Shown here: one piece after another, positions 49,863-59,643 of the stretch | How the letters are laid out: each line of letters opens with the position of its first letter | How positions within the stretch are numbered: the first letter of the stretch is position 1 | Assembly (NCBI GenBank): GCA_024275955.1 | Contig: JAJRYD010000029.1 | Coordinates: 4,500 to 68,499 of the forward strand | DNA: 64,000 nucleotides | Source of the DNA: Nitrospirota bacterium | GTDB lineage: Bacteria > Nitrospinota_A > UBA7883 > JACRGQ01 | Direction: 5' to 3' | The notes under the pieces: generated by a model | What the model saw: the letters and a program-made list of their open reading frames with translations, nothing else | Databases searched by the model: none | Told to the model about the DNA's origin: nothing | Program-made: the position numbers and the translations under genes

Positions 49863-51908
49863 ATGACTGATATGGATCCTGAAATATTTCGGGAATATAT
49901 GTCGGAAGTGTTCGAGTCGCTTGAAGGGCTTGACGAAAAGTTTGTCGCCCTCGAAACGAATCCAGATGACCTGAATATAGTAGATTCCATTTTTAGACCT
50001 GTTCACAGCATTAAAGGCAGTTCCGCCTTTTTTAAGCTCGATCATATTACCGGCTTTTCTCATAAACTGGAGAACCTCCTTGATGATATCAGGAAGGAAA
50101 AACGGTCTATCAACCCAACGATTATAGATGCCCTTCTCAAGGGTACCGATTTTCTTATGGAGATGTTCAAAAGGCTTGCCTCTGGCGACATGAAGGTTGA
50201 GCTTCTTCCAGATGAAAAGGACTTTATAGAGAATCTGGATGATAACCTTTCTAAAGGCGATGATAAAGCGCCAAAGACCTTTAACAGCCACCTCGACAAT
50301 ATAGACGACGCTGTCAACAGTCTTCGTGAAAGCGGTAGAGATGCCGAACTTTTAGACAAAATCTCCAAAAGCCTGTCGGTTGTCCGAAGGCTGGCGAGCG
50401 ATAAGGGGCAGGTAATAATGATAGGAGAGATTGACAGCATGCTTGGAGATGGGGCTATGCCTCAAATTGGAGTATTGGGCGACCTTCTTGTTGAACCGGA
50501 TGAGCTTCCCAAGGTAGAAAAGCTTGGCGACATTCTTGTAGGCAGTGGAGAGGTAGACAAAGAGGCTCTGGAAATGGCTCTTGCCAATAAAGAACCGGAT
50601 CAAATGGTTGGTGACGCTCTGGTAGAGCAAGGCGTAGCGACGGAGGAACAGGTAGGCAAAGCTATTGACAAGCAGAAGAAGGAGAAGGAGGAGCAGAGGA
50701 TCGCCAAACTGAGCATGACGATGCAAAAGACGATGCGCATAGACGAAGAGAAAGTCGATGAGTTTATGGAGCAGATTGGCGAGCTGGTAATCATTTCGGA
50801 AGTGTTCAACTATCTTGATAAAAGACTTAGCTCTATGGATGGAGCCGAGGTTATTTCTAAAGAATTTAAGAACGCGAACATGAATTTTTCGGAATTGACG
50901 CTAAGGCTACAGCATGGGCTGTCGGAAGTGCGGAAGGTAGCTATCAAAGGGATATTCCAGAAAATTCCACGAATAGTGCGCGATATCGCCACCGCAATCG
51001 GGAAAGATGTAGAAGTTATTACCGAGGGAGACGGTATTATGCTCGATAAAAGCCTTGCCGAGAAACTTGAAAGCCCTGTTATCCATATGGTCCGTAACTC
51101 TGTGGATCATGGCGTAGAAACACCGGATATACGAAAGGCGGCCGGCAAACCGGAAAGAGGCACGGTTCGGATTAAGGGCGAAATAATAGGTGAGACACTG
51201 CATATAACCCTTCACGACGACGGGGCTGGGCTTAATCGGGAAAAGCTTATCGCAAAGGCTATAGAAAAAGGGGTTCTAAATCAGGCTCAGGGTAGCGCGA
51301 TGTCGGACGAAGAGGTGTTTAACCTTATTTTCCATCCCGGCTTTTCCACTGCGGCAAAGGTAACGGATATCTCCGGTCGTGGTGTTGGGATGGATGTGGT
51401 TAGACGGGCTATCGACGATACCAAAGGGAAAATATCTATCCAATCCAAGCTGGGTGAGGGGTCGACCTTTACCATATCGGTTCCGATTTCCACTACGCTG
51501 GTGACTATAAACGGCCTGATTGTCGCCATAGGAGAGAGTAAGTTTATATTCCCTGTCGAGGATGTAAAGGAATCGCTAAGGCCGACCGGCGAAGAGGTCT
51601 TCTCGATTAAAGACAGTATAGAGATGGTCAATATAAGAGGAGATATATATCCCCTTATCAGGCTTCACCAAAAGTTTTCAATCGAAACCGATGTCACCAA
51701 ACCACAGGATGGCGTTTGCCTGATAATTGAAAAAAATGGAAACCGATGCTGTGTCTTGACCGACGCTATAGTGGAGCAACAGAATGTGGTGTTGAAGGAT
51801 CTTGGAGTTATTTTTCAGCGGGTAAAGTCTATTATGGGCGGAGCTATTCTGGGCGACGGTTCCATAGGACTTGTTATGAATGTAGAAGGGTTAATGGGGG
51901 AGGGGTAG
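49863..51908 (+). CDS. cheA: Chemotaxis histidine kinase CheA (copy 2, intact)
   Basis: Domains present are P1 Hpt (VHSIKGSSAF), P3 dimerisation, P4 HATPase (HMVRNSVDHGVE...GRGVGMDVV) and P5 CheW-like. Confidence 0.9.
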   Translation: MTDMDPEIFREYMSEVFESLEGLDEKFVALETNPDDLNIVDSIFRPVHSIKGSSAFFKLDHITGFSHKLENLLDDIRKEKRSINPTIIDALLKGTDFLMEMFKRLASGDMKVELLPDEKDFIENLDDNLSKGDDKAPKTFNSHLDNIDDAVNSLRESGRDAELLDKISKSLSVVRRLASDKGQVIMIGEIDSMLGDGAMPQIGVLGDLLVEPDELPKVEKLGDILVGSGEVDKEALEMALANKEPDQMVGDALVEQGVATEEQVGKAIDKQKKEKEEQRIAKLSMTMQKTMRIDEEKVDEFMEQIGELVIISEVFNYLDKRLSSMDGAEVISKEFKNANMNFSELTLRLQHGLSEVRKVAIKGIFQKIPRIVRDIATAIGKDVEVITEGDGIMLDKSLAEKLESPVIHMVRNSVDHGVETPDIRKAAGKPERGTVRIKGEIIGETLHITLHDDGAGLNREKLIAKAIEKGVLNQAQGSAMSDEEVFNLIFHPGFSTAAKVTDISGRGVGMDVVRRAIDDTKGKISIQSKLGEGSTFTISVPISTTLVTINGLIVAIGESKFIFPVEDVKESLRPTGEEVFSIKDSIEMVNIRGDIYPLIRLHQKFSIETDVTKPQDGVCLIIEKNGNRCCVLTDAIVEQQNVVLKDLGVIFQRVKSIMGGAILGDGSIGLVMNVEGLMGEG

Positions 51909-52871
51909 ATGGCATCTTCCGCGGCGATGGACGCTTTTTTTGAGGAAAGCGATTCTCATATAGAGATAGCAGAAGCGGCACTGCTTGAACTAGAGAAAAA
52001 TAAAGCCGACGCAGATACGATTAATGAGCTGTTTAGGGCGATTCATAGCATCAAAGGGAATGCCGGTCTTGTAGGGCTTACCGAAATACATGCGGCGGCT
52101 ACGGAAATGGAGACTATCCTCGACAGAATAAGAAGCGGCAAGGAAACTGTGTCGGATGAAGATAGGGATAGGCTTTTCGATGATATCGACTTGATTAAAA
52201 GCATGGTGAATAGCGCGAAAAATGATTTGGGGGTAGAAACTGAATCTGCGGTAACAGCGGGAGAGACCTCTACCCCTGATGCCGCAAAACCTGCTGATGA
52301 AACAGTAGCGCGTGCTGGTTCAGCTCCTACTTCCGCCCCTGTGGGAAAGCCTGACAAGGCGGTCAAAGTAACAGCTAAGAGCAAAGCTCTAGCTAGTGAA
52401 GGCGGAGGAACTGACGATATCCAAAAAAAGACGGTATCGTACCTCACCTTCTTTCTCGGCAAGGAGCAATATGGATTTATTATTGGTGATGTGCGTGAGA
52501 TTATTATAAAGAAAGATATAACTATAGTGCCGAACTCCAAGGAGTTTGTCGCCGGGGTAATGAACCTGCGGGGGGTGGTTATTCCTGTCGTAGACGCAAG
52601 GAAGAGGCTCGGGTTTTCCGAGCGTGGCGACCGGCCAAAAGAGGAGAATATAGTTGTCGTGGAGAATGACGGGTTGTCTACCGGAGTTCTTGTTGATATG
52701 GTAGATGATATACTAAAGCTTGAGCCGGATATGATTGTTTCCGCGGATAAGGCTCTGGGCGGTCTTAGAGACAGCAGTAAATTTATAGGTGGTCTTGGTA
52801 AAGCTGGGAAAAGTACAATTATGCTTATAGAGACATCTTCTTTTTGTGACTCCAACGAAGAGTTTTTTTAA
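51909..52871 (+). CDS. Hpt-CheW hybrid protein (CheA-like P1 domain, Ala/Thr/Pro-rich linker, CheW domain; no kinase domain)
   Basis: The N-terminal Hpt reads FRAIHSIKGNAGLVGL with a phosphorylatable His. A low-complexity linker follows. The C-terminal CheW domain reads YLTFFLGKEQYGFIIGDVREI...VMNLRGVVIPVVDAR. The start codon directly abuts the cheA2 stop. Confidence 0.8.
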   Translation: MASSAAMDAFFEESDSHIEIAEAALLELEKNKADADTINELFRAIHSIKGNAGLVGLTEIHAAATEMETILDRIRSGKETVSDEDRDRLFDDIDLIKSMVNSAKNDLGVETESAVTAGETSTPDAAKPADETVARAGSAPTSAPVGKPDKAVKVTAKSKALASEGGGTDDIQKKTVSYLTFFLGKEQYGFIIGDVREIIIKKDITIVPNSKEFVAGVMNLRGVVIPVVDARKRLGFSERGDRPKEENIVVVENDGLSTGVLVDMVDDILKLEPDMIVSADKALGGLRDSSKFIGGLGKAGKSTIMLIETSSFCDSNEEFF

Positions 52872-52876
52872 CTTAA

Positions 52877-53920
52877 ATGTCAAAAATCAAAGTTCTTATA
52901 GTCGATGATTCTGCCGTAGTGCGGAATATACTTGCCGAGGCGCTTTCCAAAGATTCTGAGATAGAGGTGGTTGGCACCGCTACTGACCCGTATGCCGCCC
53001 GCGACAAAATTGTAAAACTTAATCCCGATGTTTTGACACTCGATGTCGAAATGCCGCGCATGGACGGCATTACATTTTTAAAAAAACTTATGCATTCCAA
53101 GCCTATGCCGGTGGTTATGGTAAGCTCCCTTACGCAGTCGGGTGCCGACACCACAATGGCGGCGATGGAAGCAGGTGCCGTGGAGATTGTCGCCAAACCG
53201 GCGATAGATCTTCATAGAGGGCTCAACGACATGGTTGTTGAGATTGTCGATAAGGTTAAGGCCGCCTCCAAGGTGAAAATGGATGTGTATACGCAAAGGT
53301 TATCTGCCGTAAAAAAAGCGGCGCCGAAGGTGCTTAGCTCCGCAATGATAAAAACTACCGACAAGATTATTTCTATTGGAGCTTCTACCGGCGGAACAGA
53401 AGCTTTAAGAGAGGTTTTGATGCAGATGCCTTCCAACTCTCCTGGAATCTGCATAGTACAGCATATGCCAGCGGGCTTTACCAAAGCTTTTTCAGATAGG
53501 CTAAACGGGTTGTGCCAGCTTGTAATAAAGGAAGCAGAGAATAACGACACCGTTATACCGGGGAGGGTTCTTATCGCTCCCGGGCATAGCCATATGCTCC
53601 TTAAAAGAAGCGGTGCCAGATATTATGTGGAAGTGAAAGACGGCCCATTAGTGATGAGACACAAACCGTCCGTGGAGGTACTTTTCAATTCCACCGCGAA
53701 ATATGCCGGCGCCAACTCTATAGGTGTGATACTTACAGGTATGGGGGGGGATGGTTCATCCGGCATGCTGGAGATGAAAAAGTCTGGAGCGCATACGATA
53801 GCGCAGGACGAAAAGTCGTGCGTTGTGTTTGGGATGCCAAAGGAAGCTATCAAACTCGGTGGAGTAAACGACATCATTTCGCTGGATAAAATTCCATCAG
53901 CAATACTTAAATCTCTCTAG
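52877..53920 (+). CDS. cheB: Chemotaxis response regulator protein-glutamate methylesterase CheB
   Basis: A REC domain (VLIVDDSAVVR...LTLDVEMPRMDG) precedes a CheB methylesterase domain (GASTGGTEAL, HMPAGFTKAF, GMGGDGSSG). Confidence 0.9.
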   Translation: MSKIKVLIVDDSAVVRNILAEALSKDSEIEVVGTATDPYAARDKIVKLNPDVLTLDVEMPRMDGITFLKKLMHSKPMPVVMVSSLTQSGADTTMAAMEAGAVEIVAKPAIDLHRGLNDMVVEIVDKVKAASKVKMDVYTQRLSAVKKAAPKVLSSAMIKTTDKIISIGASTGGTEALREVLMQMPSNSPGICIVQHMPAGFTKAFSDRLNGLCQLVIKEAENNDTVIPGRVLIAPGHSHMLLKRSGARYYVEVKDGPLVMRHKPSVEVLFNSTAKYAGANSIGVILTGMGGDGSSGMLEMKKSGAHTIAQDEKSCVVFGMPKEAIKLGGVNDIISLDKIPSAILKSL

Positions 53921-54041
53921 CGGCAGAACTTCTTCTCAAACGCCTGTTTTTAGGCTTATAGATTTATCTGGTTTTAAAATTGGGATATAATCCGGTGATG
54001 GTAAACCATCTATTGATAAGGGACAACAAAAAGGGGGCGAT

Positions 54042-55397
54042 TTGGGAATAAAACTTCTTTTTGCCGATGACTCTGAAACGATGCGGAAAGTTATAAAGCT
54101 TACCCTAGAAAACGAAGGGATAGACCTTAGTGTCGTTAGCGATGGGCAGGAAGCGATTAAGGCGGTTTATGAGGCAAAGCCCGATATTGTTGTCGCGGAT
54201 ATATCTATGCCGGAAATAAACGGATTTGAGCTTTGCGCGCGGATAAAAGGTTCTCCTGAGACAAAAGATATTTCGGTTGTTCTTATTTCTGGAGAGCTTG
54301 AGAATTATGATGACGTGAGGGGTGGCTCAGTTGGAGCCGATGGACACCTGACTAAGCCGTTTAAATCTAAAGAGTTTGTTGCCGCTATTAAGAGCTTTGT
54401 GGAAAAAAAGGGGACGGCAGAGGCTTTGCCCGCCGAACAGGTGGACGAAAGCAAAGCTACCACAGCTCCTTTTGATTCCAGAAAAATTCTCACACTTACA
54501 GCTTCGCAGGGCGTTTCGCCTATGGCTGGTCAAATTATGCAGACCGACGATGAACTAGAGATTATCGAAGACGACATAGGCTTGGACGATGACCTTTACG
54601 AGGAGCTGGACGATGACGAGATGCTTATCACTCCCAACGATGTTAAAGACGAACCGCCGGGGGGTTTCTCTAGTTCTGTCTTGAGTTCCGGCAGTATGGA
54701 GAACGAGCCTCTTGATAATGACGAAATAGTTAAGGACGGTTCGTCTGCTTTGGAGGATATGCTGGTCGATGAAATTTCTGCCGAGACGGGCTTTGCCCCT
54801 TCGAACGCTCACTCTTTGGCATATAGCTTTGAGAGTGAAATAAAAGAGACGCTTCTTGATGATGACGAAATTGATTCTATCGTGAAGGAGCCTTTAGGAT
54901 CCAATCCGCTTCTTGGCAGGTCGAGTATTGAATCTTCCGGGAGTGCGGATGAGTACGATGTAGAGTCTCTCTGGGACTCGTTAAAGGACAAACATAATGC
55001 CGAGGAAGTTACAAAAGCTGTCGATGAGGCGGCGCACCGCAAGATAAGTACCGCACTTGACATCAGCGGTTCTGTGCCTGTTTCGGAGGCAGACGCGGAG
55101 CCGGACTCTTTACGGGAATCTGTAGAGGAGAGCGTGAAAGAGTTTATCGAAAAGCAGGGGAAAGAAGTTTTAGAGGAGATTATCGCGAAGTCTGTAGAGG
55201 ATAACGTAAAGCTTGTTATCGAGAGAGAGCTTGAAAGGTCGATTCGCGAAGAGGTAGCAAAGCTTGTAGGAGATAGTTTTGAGGCGGCTATGCCGGAGCT
55301 TATCGAATCTGTAAAAGGTATGATATCCGGGCTTGCACCTGGGATGGCGGCTGAAATCGCAAAAAAAACGGCAGGGCGAATAAAAAAAGAGGATTAA
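54042..55397 (+). CDS. CheY-like receiver domain with a roughly 330-aa acidic, low-complexity C-terminal extension
   Basis: The REC domain spans residues 1-120 (LLFADDSETMRK...VVADISMPEINGFE...LTKPF). The rest is D/E/S-rich and predicted disordered. Confidence 0.75.
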   Translation: MGIKLLFADDSETMRKVIKLTLENEGIDLSVVSDGQEAIKAVYEAKPDIVVADISMPEINGFELCARIKGSPETKDISVVLISGELENYDDVRGGSVGADGHLTKPFKSKEFVAAIKSFVEKKGTAEALPAEQVDESKATTAPFDSRKILTLTASQGVSPMAGQIMQTDDELEIIEDDIGLDDDLYEELDDDEMLITPNDVKDEPPGGFSSSVLSSGSMENEPLDNDEIVKDGSSALEDMLVDEISAETGFAPSNAHSLAYSFESEIKETLLDDDEIDSIVKEPLGSNPLLGRSSIESSGSADEYDVESLWDSLKDKHNAEEVTKAVDEAAHRKISTALDISGSVPVSEADAEPDSLRESVEESVKEFIEKQGKEVLEEIIAKSVEDNVKLVIERELERSIREEVAKLVGDSFEAAMPELIESVKGMISGLAPGMAAEIAKKTAGRIKKED

Positions 55398-55464
55398 GAG
55401 CTCTTCGACTGTTGTAGAATCGTGGTTTCTTATTTATCCAACATTTTAATTATTCAGGAAAGTT

Positions 55465-58098
55465 TTGAGTAAGCACGAGTTAAGCAAAAGATACGACCCA
55501 AAAGAGGTAGGCAGACGCTGGTATAAGTACTGGCTTGAAAAAGGATACTTCAAAGCGGATGATAACTCAGAGCGTCCTCCGTTTACCATAGTAATCCCCC
55601 CGCCTAACGTAACAGGCTCTTTGCATCTTGGTCACGCGCTCGATAACACATTGCAGGATATTCTCATCCGCTATAAAAGGATGAGCGGCTTTAATACCCT
55701 CTGGATGCCGGGGACAGACCATGCAGGTATAGCTACCCAGAACGTCGTTGAAAAACAGCTCGCCTTAGAAGGTACCGACCGCCACGCGCTGGGACGGGAA
55801 AAATTCGTGGAGCGTGTGTGGGAATGGAAGGAGCAGTACGGCGGAAAAATTATTGAACAGCTAAAAGAGCTTGGCGCGTCGTGCGACTGGGATAGGCAAA
55901 GGTTTACTCTGGATGAACAGCTTTCCAAAGCTGTTCGTGAGGTGTTCGTCAAGCTTTACGAAGAAGGGCTTATATACAGGGCTAAGTATATAACCAATTG
56001 GTGTCCGCGGTGTCATACAGCTCTTTCCGATCTTGAAGTTGAGTATCAAGACAGACACGGGCATCTATATGAGATTGAATACCATCTGTCAGATGGAAGC
56101 GGCTCGCTTATAGTCGCCACTACAAGGCCAGAGACTATGCTTGGCGACAGTGCCGTTGCGGTAAACCCCGAAGACGAAAGATATAAACCGTTCGTAGGCA
56201 AAAAAGTAAAACTGCCGCTTACCGATAGAGAAATTCCTGTAATAGAAGATTCTTATGTAGCGGTCGATTTTGGTACCGGTGCGCTGAAGATAACACCGGC
56301 ACACGACCCTAACGATTTCGAGATAGGCAAACGCCACGGCCTAGAGCAGATTAAGGTAATAGGCGACGATGGGCGGATGGTAAATGTTTCCGATAACTAT
56401 CTTGGGCTTAGCCGTGAAGAGTGCCGAAAAAGAATAGTGGAAGAGCTCAAAGAGCAGGGCTTTCTTAAAAGTATGAAAAAACATATTCATGCCGTTGGCG
56501 ACTGTTATAGGTGCAAGACGGTAATAGAGCCTAACCTTAGCATGCAGTGGTTTGTTAAAGCAAAACCGCTTGCGAAGAGAGCGGCGAAAGCGGTTAGGGA
56601 CGGCGAGATGGAGTTTGTCCCGAAAACATGGGAGAACACCTACTTCGAGTGGATGGACAACATCCGCGACTGGTGCATAAGCCGTCAGATTTGGTGGGGG
56701 CATAGGATACCGGCATGGTACTGCGATGACTGCGGCGAGGTGACGGTATCGCTTGATGAGGTTGTTCAATGTTATAAATGCAAAAGCAGAAAGATAACGC
56801 AGGAAAGCGACGTGCTTGATACATGGTTCTCTTCCGGTCTCTGGCCTTTTTCGACCCTCGGCTGGCCGGAAAAAACCAAAGCACTAGAGACCTTCTATCC
56901 GACATCGGTGCTGGTAACAGGGTTCGATATCATCTTCTTCTGGGTGGCGAGGATGATGATGATGGGCCTGAAGTTTATGGATAAGGCTCCTTTCTCAAAA
57001 GTTTACATCCACGCGCTTGTGAGAGACGCTAAAGGGAAAAAGATGAGCAAGTCTAAGGGAAACGTAATAGACCCGCTCGAGCTTATGTACAAATACGGTG
57101 CCGACTCTCTGCGGTTTACCATGTGCGCGCTTGAGTCGCAGGGGCGTGACATACGGATGTCGGAAAAGAGAATAGAAGGGTACCGCAACTTTGTAAACAA
57201 GCTTTGGAACGCGTCTCGCTTTGTGCTTATGAACCTCGGTGAGAACGAGAAGGTAAAAGATATTTCGGAAATAAAGCTGGATGTAACCGATAGGTGGATA
57301 CTCAGTCGACTGCAAAAGACCGCCTTTCAGGCTAACAATGCTTTGGATAAATTTAGATTTAACGATCTTGCCAACATACTCTACTCGTTTACATGGAACG
57401 AGTTTTGCGATTGGTATATAGAATTTCAAAAGACACGGCTTCAGTCCAGCGAAAAGGAAGATTCGCTTGCTGTATTGGTTTACGTTCTCGACAAGCTATT
57501 GAAGCTGTTACACCCGATAATGCCTTTTGTAACGGAAGAGATTTACCAAAAGCTTCCCGGCCACGGCGAGTCGATAATGGTTGAGGAGTACCCAACGCGT
57601 GACGAAAAATTTCTGGATGAAACGGCCGAAGCCGAGATGAAACTGGTGATGGAGGTTTTGACTTCGGCGAGGACTATAAGGTCGGAATTAAAAATTCCGC
57701 CTGATAACAAACTGGTAGCAAAGCTTAAATGTGAGACAGAGGAAATAGCAGGCAAGGTAAGCGCGCATGCCGATTCGATACGCTTTCTAGCAAAACTTTC
57801 TTCGCTCGATATCTCTGTCGAAATGGAGCGTCCGCCGACATCGGCGACAGCGGTAATGGACGATCTTGAGGTCTATATCCCGCTTGGTGGAATAATAGAT
57901 ATAGACGAAGAGAAGGCGAGGCTTGAAAAGGAGATTGCCAAAGCGGAAAAAGATATAAAGTTTTTTGAAAAGAAATTCTCAAATGAGAATTTTGTGAAAA
58001 ACGCTCCAAAAGAGGTTCTCGAAAAGGATATGTCCCGCAACGAAGAGCTTAAACGCCTTTTAGTAGGGCTTCGCGACTCGGTATCATGGCTTTCATAA
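55465..58098 (+). CDS. valS: Valine--tRNA ligase
   Basis: The class I HIGH motif (PNVTGSLHLGHA) and KMSKS motif (KMSKSKGN) are present, with a C-terminal coiled coil. Length is 877 aa. Confidence 0.97.
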   Translation: MSKHELSKRYDPKEVGRRWYKYWLEKGYFKADDNSERPPFTIVIPPPNVTGSLHLGHALDNTLQDILIRYKRMSGFNTLWMPGTDHAGIATQNVVEKQLALEGTDRHALGREKFVERVWEWKEQYGGKIIEQLKELGASCDWDRQRFTLDEQLSKAVREVFVKLYEEGLIYRAKYITNWCPRCHTALSDLEVEYQDRHGHLYEIEYHLSDGSGSLIVATTRPETMLGDSAVAVNPEDERYKPFVGKKVKLPLTDREIPVIEDSYVAVDFGTGALKITPAHDPNDFEIGKRHGLEQIKVIGDDGRMVNVSDNYLGLSREECRKRIVEELKEQGFLKSMKKHIHAVGDCYRCKTVIEPNLSMQWFVKAKPLAKRAAKAVRDGEMEFVPKTWENTYFEWMDNIRDWCISRQIWWGHRIPAWYCDDCGEVTVSLDEVVQCYKCKSRKITQESDVLDTWFSSGLWPFSTLGWPEKTKALETFYPTSVLVTGFDIIFFWVARMMMMGLKFMDKAPFSKVYIHALVRDAKGKKMSKSKGNVIDPLELMYKYGADSLRFTMCALESQGRDIRMSEKRIEGYRNFVNKLWNASRFVLMNLGENEKVKDISEIKLDVTDRWILSRLQKTAFQANNALDKFRFNDLANILYSFTWNEFCDWYIEFQKTRLQSSEKEDSLAVLVYVLDKLLKLLHPIMPFVTEEIYQKLPGHGESIMVEEYPTRDEKFLDETAEAEMKLVMEVLTSARTIRSELKIPPDNKLVAKLKCETEEIAGKVSAHADSIRFLAKLSSLDISVEMERPPTSATAVMDDLEVYIPLGGIIDIDEEKARLEKEIAKAEKDIKFFEKKFSNENFVKNAPKEVLEKDMSRNEELKRLLVGLRDSVSWLS

Positions 58099-58402
58099 AA
58101 CCTTCCTAGCCTTTATGTATCTTTAAGAGCTGGTATCTGGCGGTGTCAGCAGGCTAAACGATAATGTTCACACGGGAGCCGATTTCCGACATCTCCGCAG
58201 ACTTTCGTATATCCTGCGTTTCCTGCACTCTGTCGCGCTCCGCCTGTGTGACAGCGTAATTGTCCTTAAGGGCTATCTCTTTGGTTGGCGTGGTTACAGG
58301 CTGGGGAAATTCTGTATGTCCCGATATAGCTTCTGGCATCCTTACCTCATCTTTACCTTAGCTCGATTTTATACTTTTTGCAGGGATATTCAAAGCATTA
58401 TA

Positions 58403-58531
58403 GGGGCTGTTGGCAAAAGAGTTTTTTAAGCATTTTAAGGGAAAGTTTATTTTCTAACTTCTTAAAAATAGAGCCTTTGGAGATTGGTAATTTGTAGCAA
58501 AACCAAGATTGTCTTATTCGGCAACAGCCCC
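58403..58531 (+). repeat. Copy B of the roughly 130-nt conserved intergenic element (candidate structured small RNA or MITE-like repeat)
   Basis: It is near-identical to 3255..3384. Its closing helix is a perfect 10 bp (5' GGGGCTGTTG pairing with 3' CAACAGCCCC). It lies in the 676-nt gap between valS and bamD. Confidence 0.5.
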
Positions 58532-58762
58532 ATTATAGGGTGCCGGCATCTAAGATAGAATCTGAACGCAAGAGTGCAGGCCTCTTTTTATCTGGTTGTG
58601 GCTGGTGACAGCTTGATGCCGGAGATTCCTTTTTAACAGCTCTGCCGGATACGATAGTGGAGAGATAATTTTTTTTGTTAAATGCAAAAAGTCGTGTTTG
58701 CCGTTTGGGGAAAACTGCCTTTTGCTTTTGCTGGAGGCCAGTGCTACCGCTGGCGGGGCGAG

Positions 58763-58786
58763 ACAGCTTTGGCTTAGCTGTTTTTT
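58763..58786 (+). terminator. Rho-independent terminator on the plus strand (ACAGCT-ttggctt-AGCTGT followed by TTTTTT), overlapping the bamD stop codon
   Basis: A perfect 6-bp palindromic stem with a 7-nt loop is followed by a T6 run on the plus strand. The bamD stop at 58774-58776 lies inside the hairpin. Confidence 0.4.
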
Positions 58787-59541
58787 AGTTTTTTTAGCTC
58801 TTCAAGTGCCGCTTTTGCCTGTAATGCCTCTTTTGTTTCGGCAAAGTTTTCTACGATTCTCTGAAAAGTGTTTCTCGCTTTGCTGAACGCTTCTTCTTTC
58901 ATGTACGATTTGCCTTTTAAAAGAAGCGCTTTTGGTGCGTAACGGCTTTTTGGATGTTTTGCTACAAACTCCTCTGCTCTCGATATGCAGGAGACAAAGC
59001 TGTCTATCTGATAATAAAACTCGATTATGTAGATATCCTTTCGGGATATCATGTCGGTCAGCTCTGCTATCTTACTTTTAGCAAAAGGGATTGCTGAATG
59101 ATCAGGGTATTTTATTATAAATTGTTCGAACAGATCTTTCGCTTTTTGAGCCGGTGTTTGATCTCTAGGTATTTTTCCCAGCGACTGATAATGGCTCATC
59201 GCTTTGTAGAAAAGGGCATGGTCAGTGGTGGATGTCATCGGGTAGAGTTCGACAAAGCTCTCGTAGGACGTTTCGGACATTTCATACTCTTTGTTCATGT
59301 AGTATGAATCGGCTACTCCAAGCAGAGCGTGAACCTGAAAAGGGCTGTCTGGAAATTCGTCCAAAATCTGCTTGTAATACTTCCTGGATAGATCGTACTT
59401 ACCGTTGGTGAAGCGGTAGTTGGCATCGTTAAAAAGCTCCAGTTCTTTTTTTACGATGTCATCAGTTTTGCACCCGGAAAGGAAAAGTACCGCGGTGCAG
59501 GCTACGGCGGCGATTTGGATTTTGGGCAAAATCTTTTTCAT
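58774..59541 (-). CDS. bamD: Outer-membrane protein assembly factor BamD-like TPR lipoprotein
   Basis: A lipoprotein signal with a lipobox (LFLSGC) is followed by TPR repeats. The size and architecture match BamD/YfiO. Confidence 0.65.
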   Translation of the reverse strand: MKKILPKIQIAAVACTAVLFLSGCKTDDIVKKELELFNDANYRFTNGKYDLSRKYYKQILDEFPDSPFQVHALLGVADSYYMNKEYEMSETSYESFVELYPMTSTTDHALFYKAMSHYQSLGKIPRDQTPAQKAKDLFEQFIIKYPDHSAIPFAKSKIAELTDMISRKDIYIIEFYYQIDSFVSCISRAEEFVAKHPKSRYAPKALLLKGKSYMKEEAFSKARNTFQRIVENFAETKEALQAKAALEELKKLKNS

Positions 59542-59643
59542 AGCGGTACAGTCTAACCTGTAATCGGTTTTTGGTGTAGAAGAGAAATATGTTTTTTGTT
59601 TTTATGCAGATAATAGGCTTTTTAGAGGTAAAATTGACCGCTT

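Noticed and set aside
58698-58886. A 62-aa plus-strand ORF overlapping the end of bamD
   Set aside because: It overlaps the convergent bamD C-terminus and the palindromic terminator, and has no SD. It is probably non-coding.
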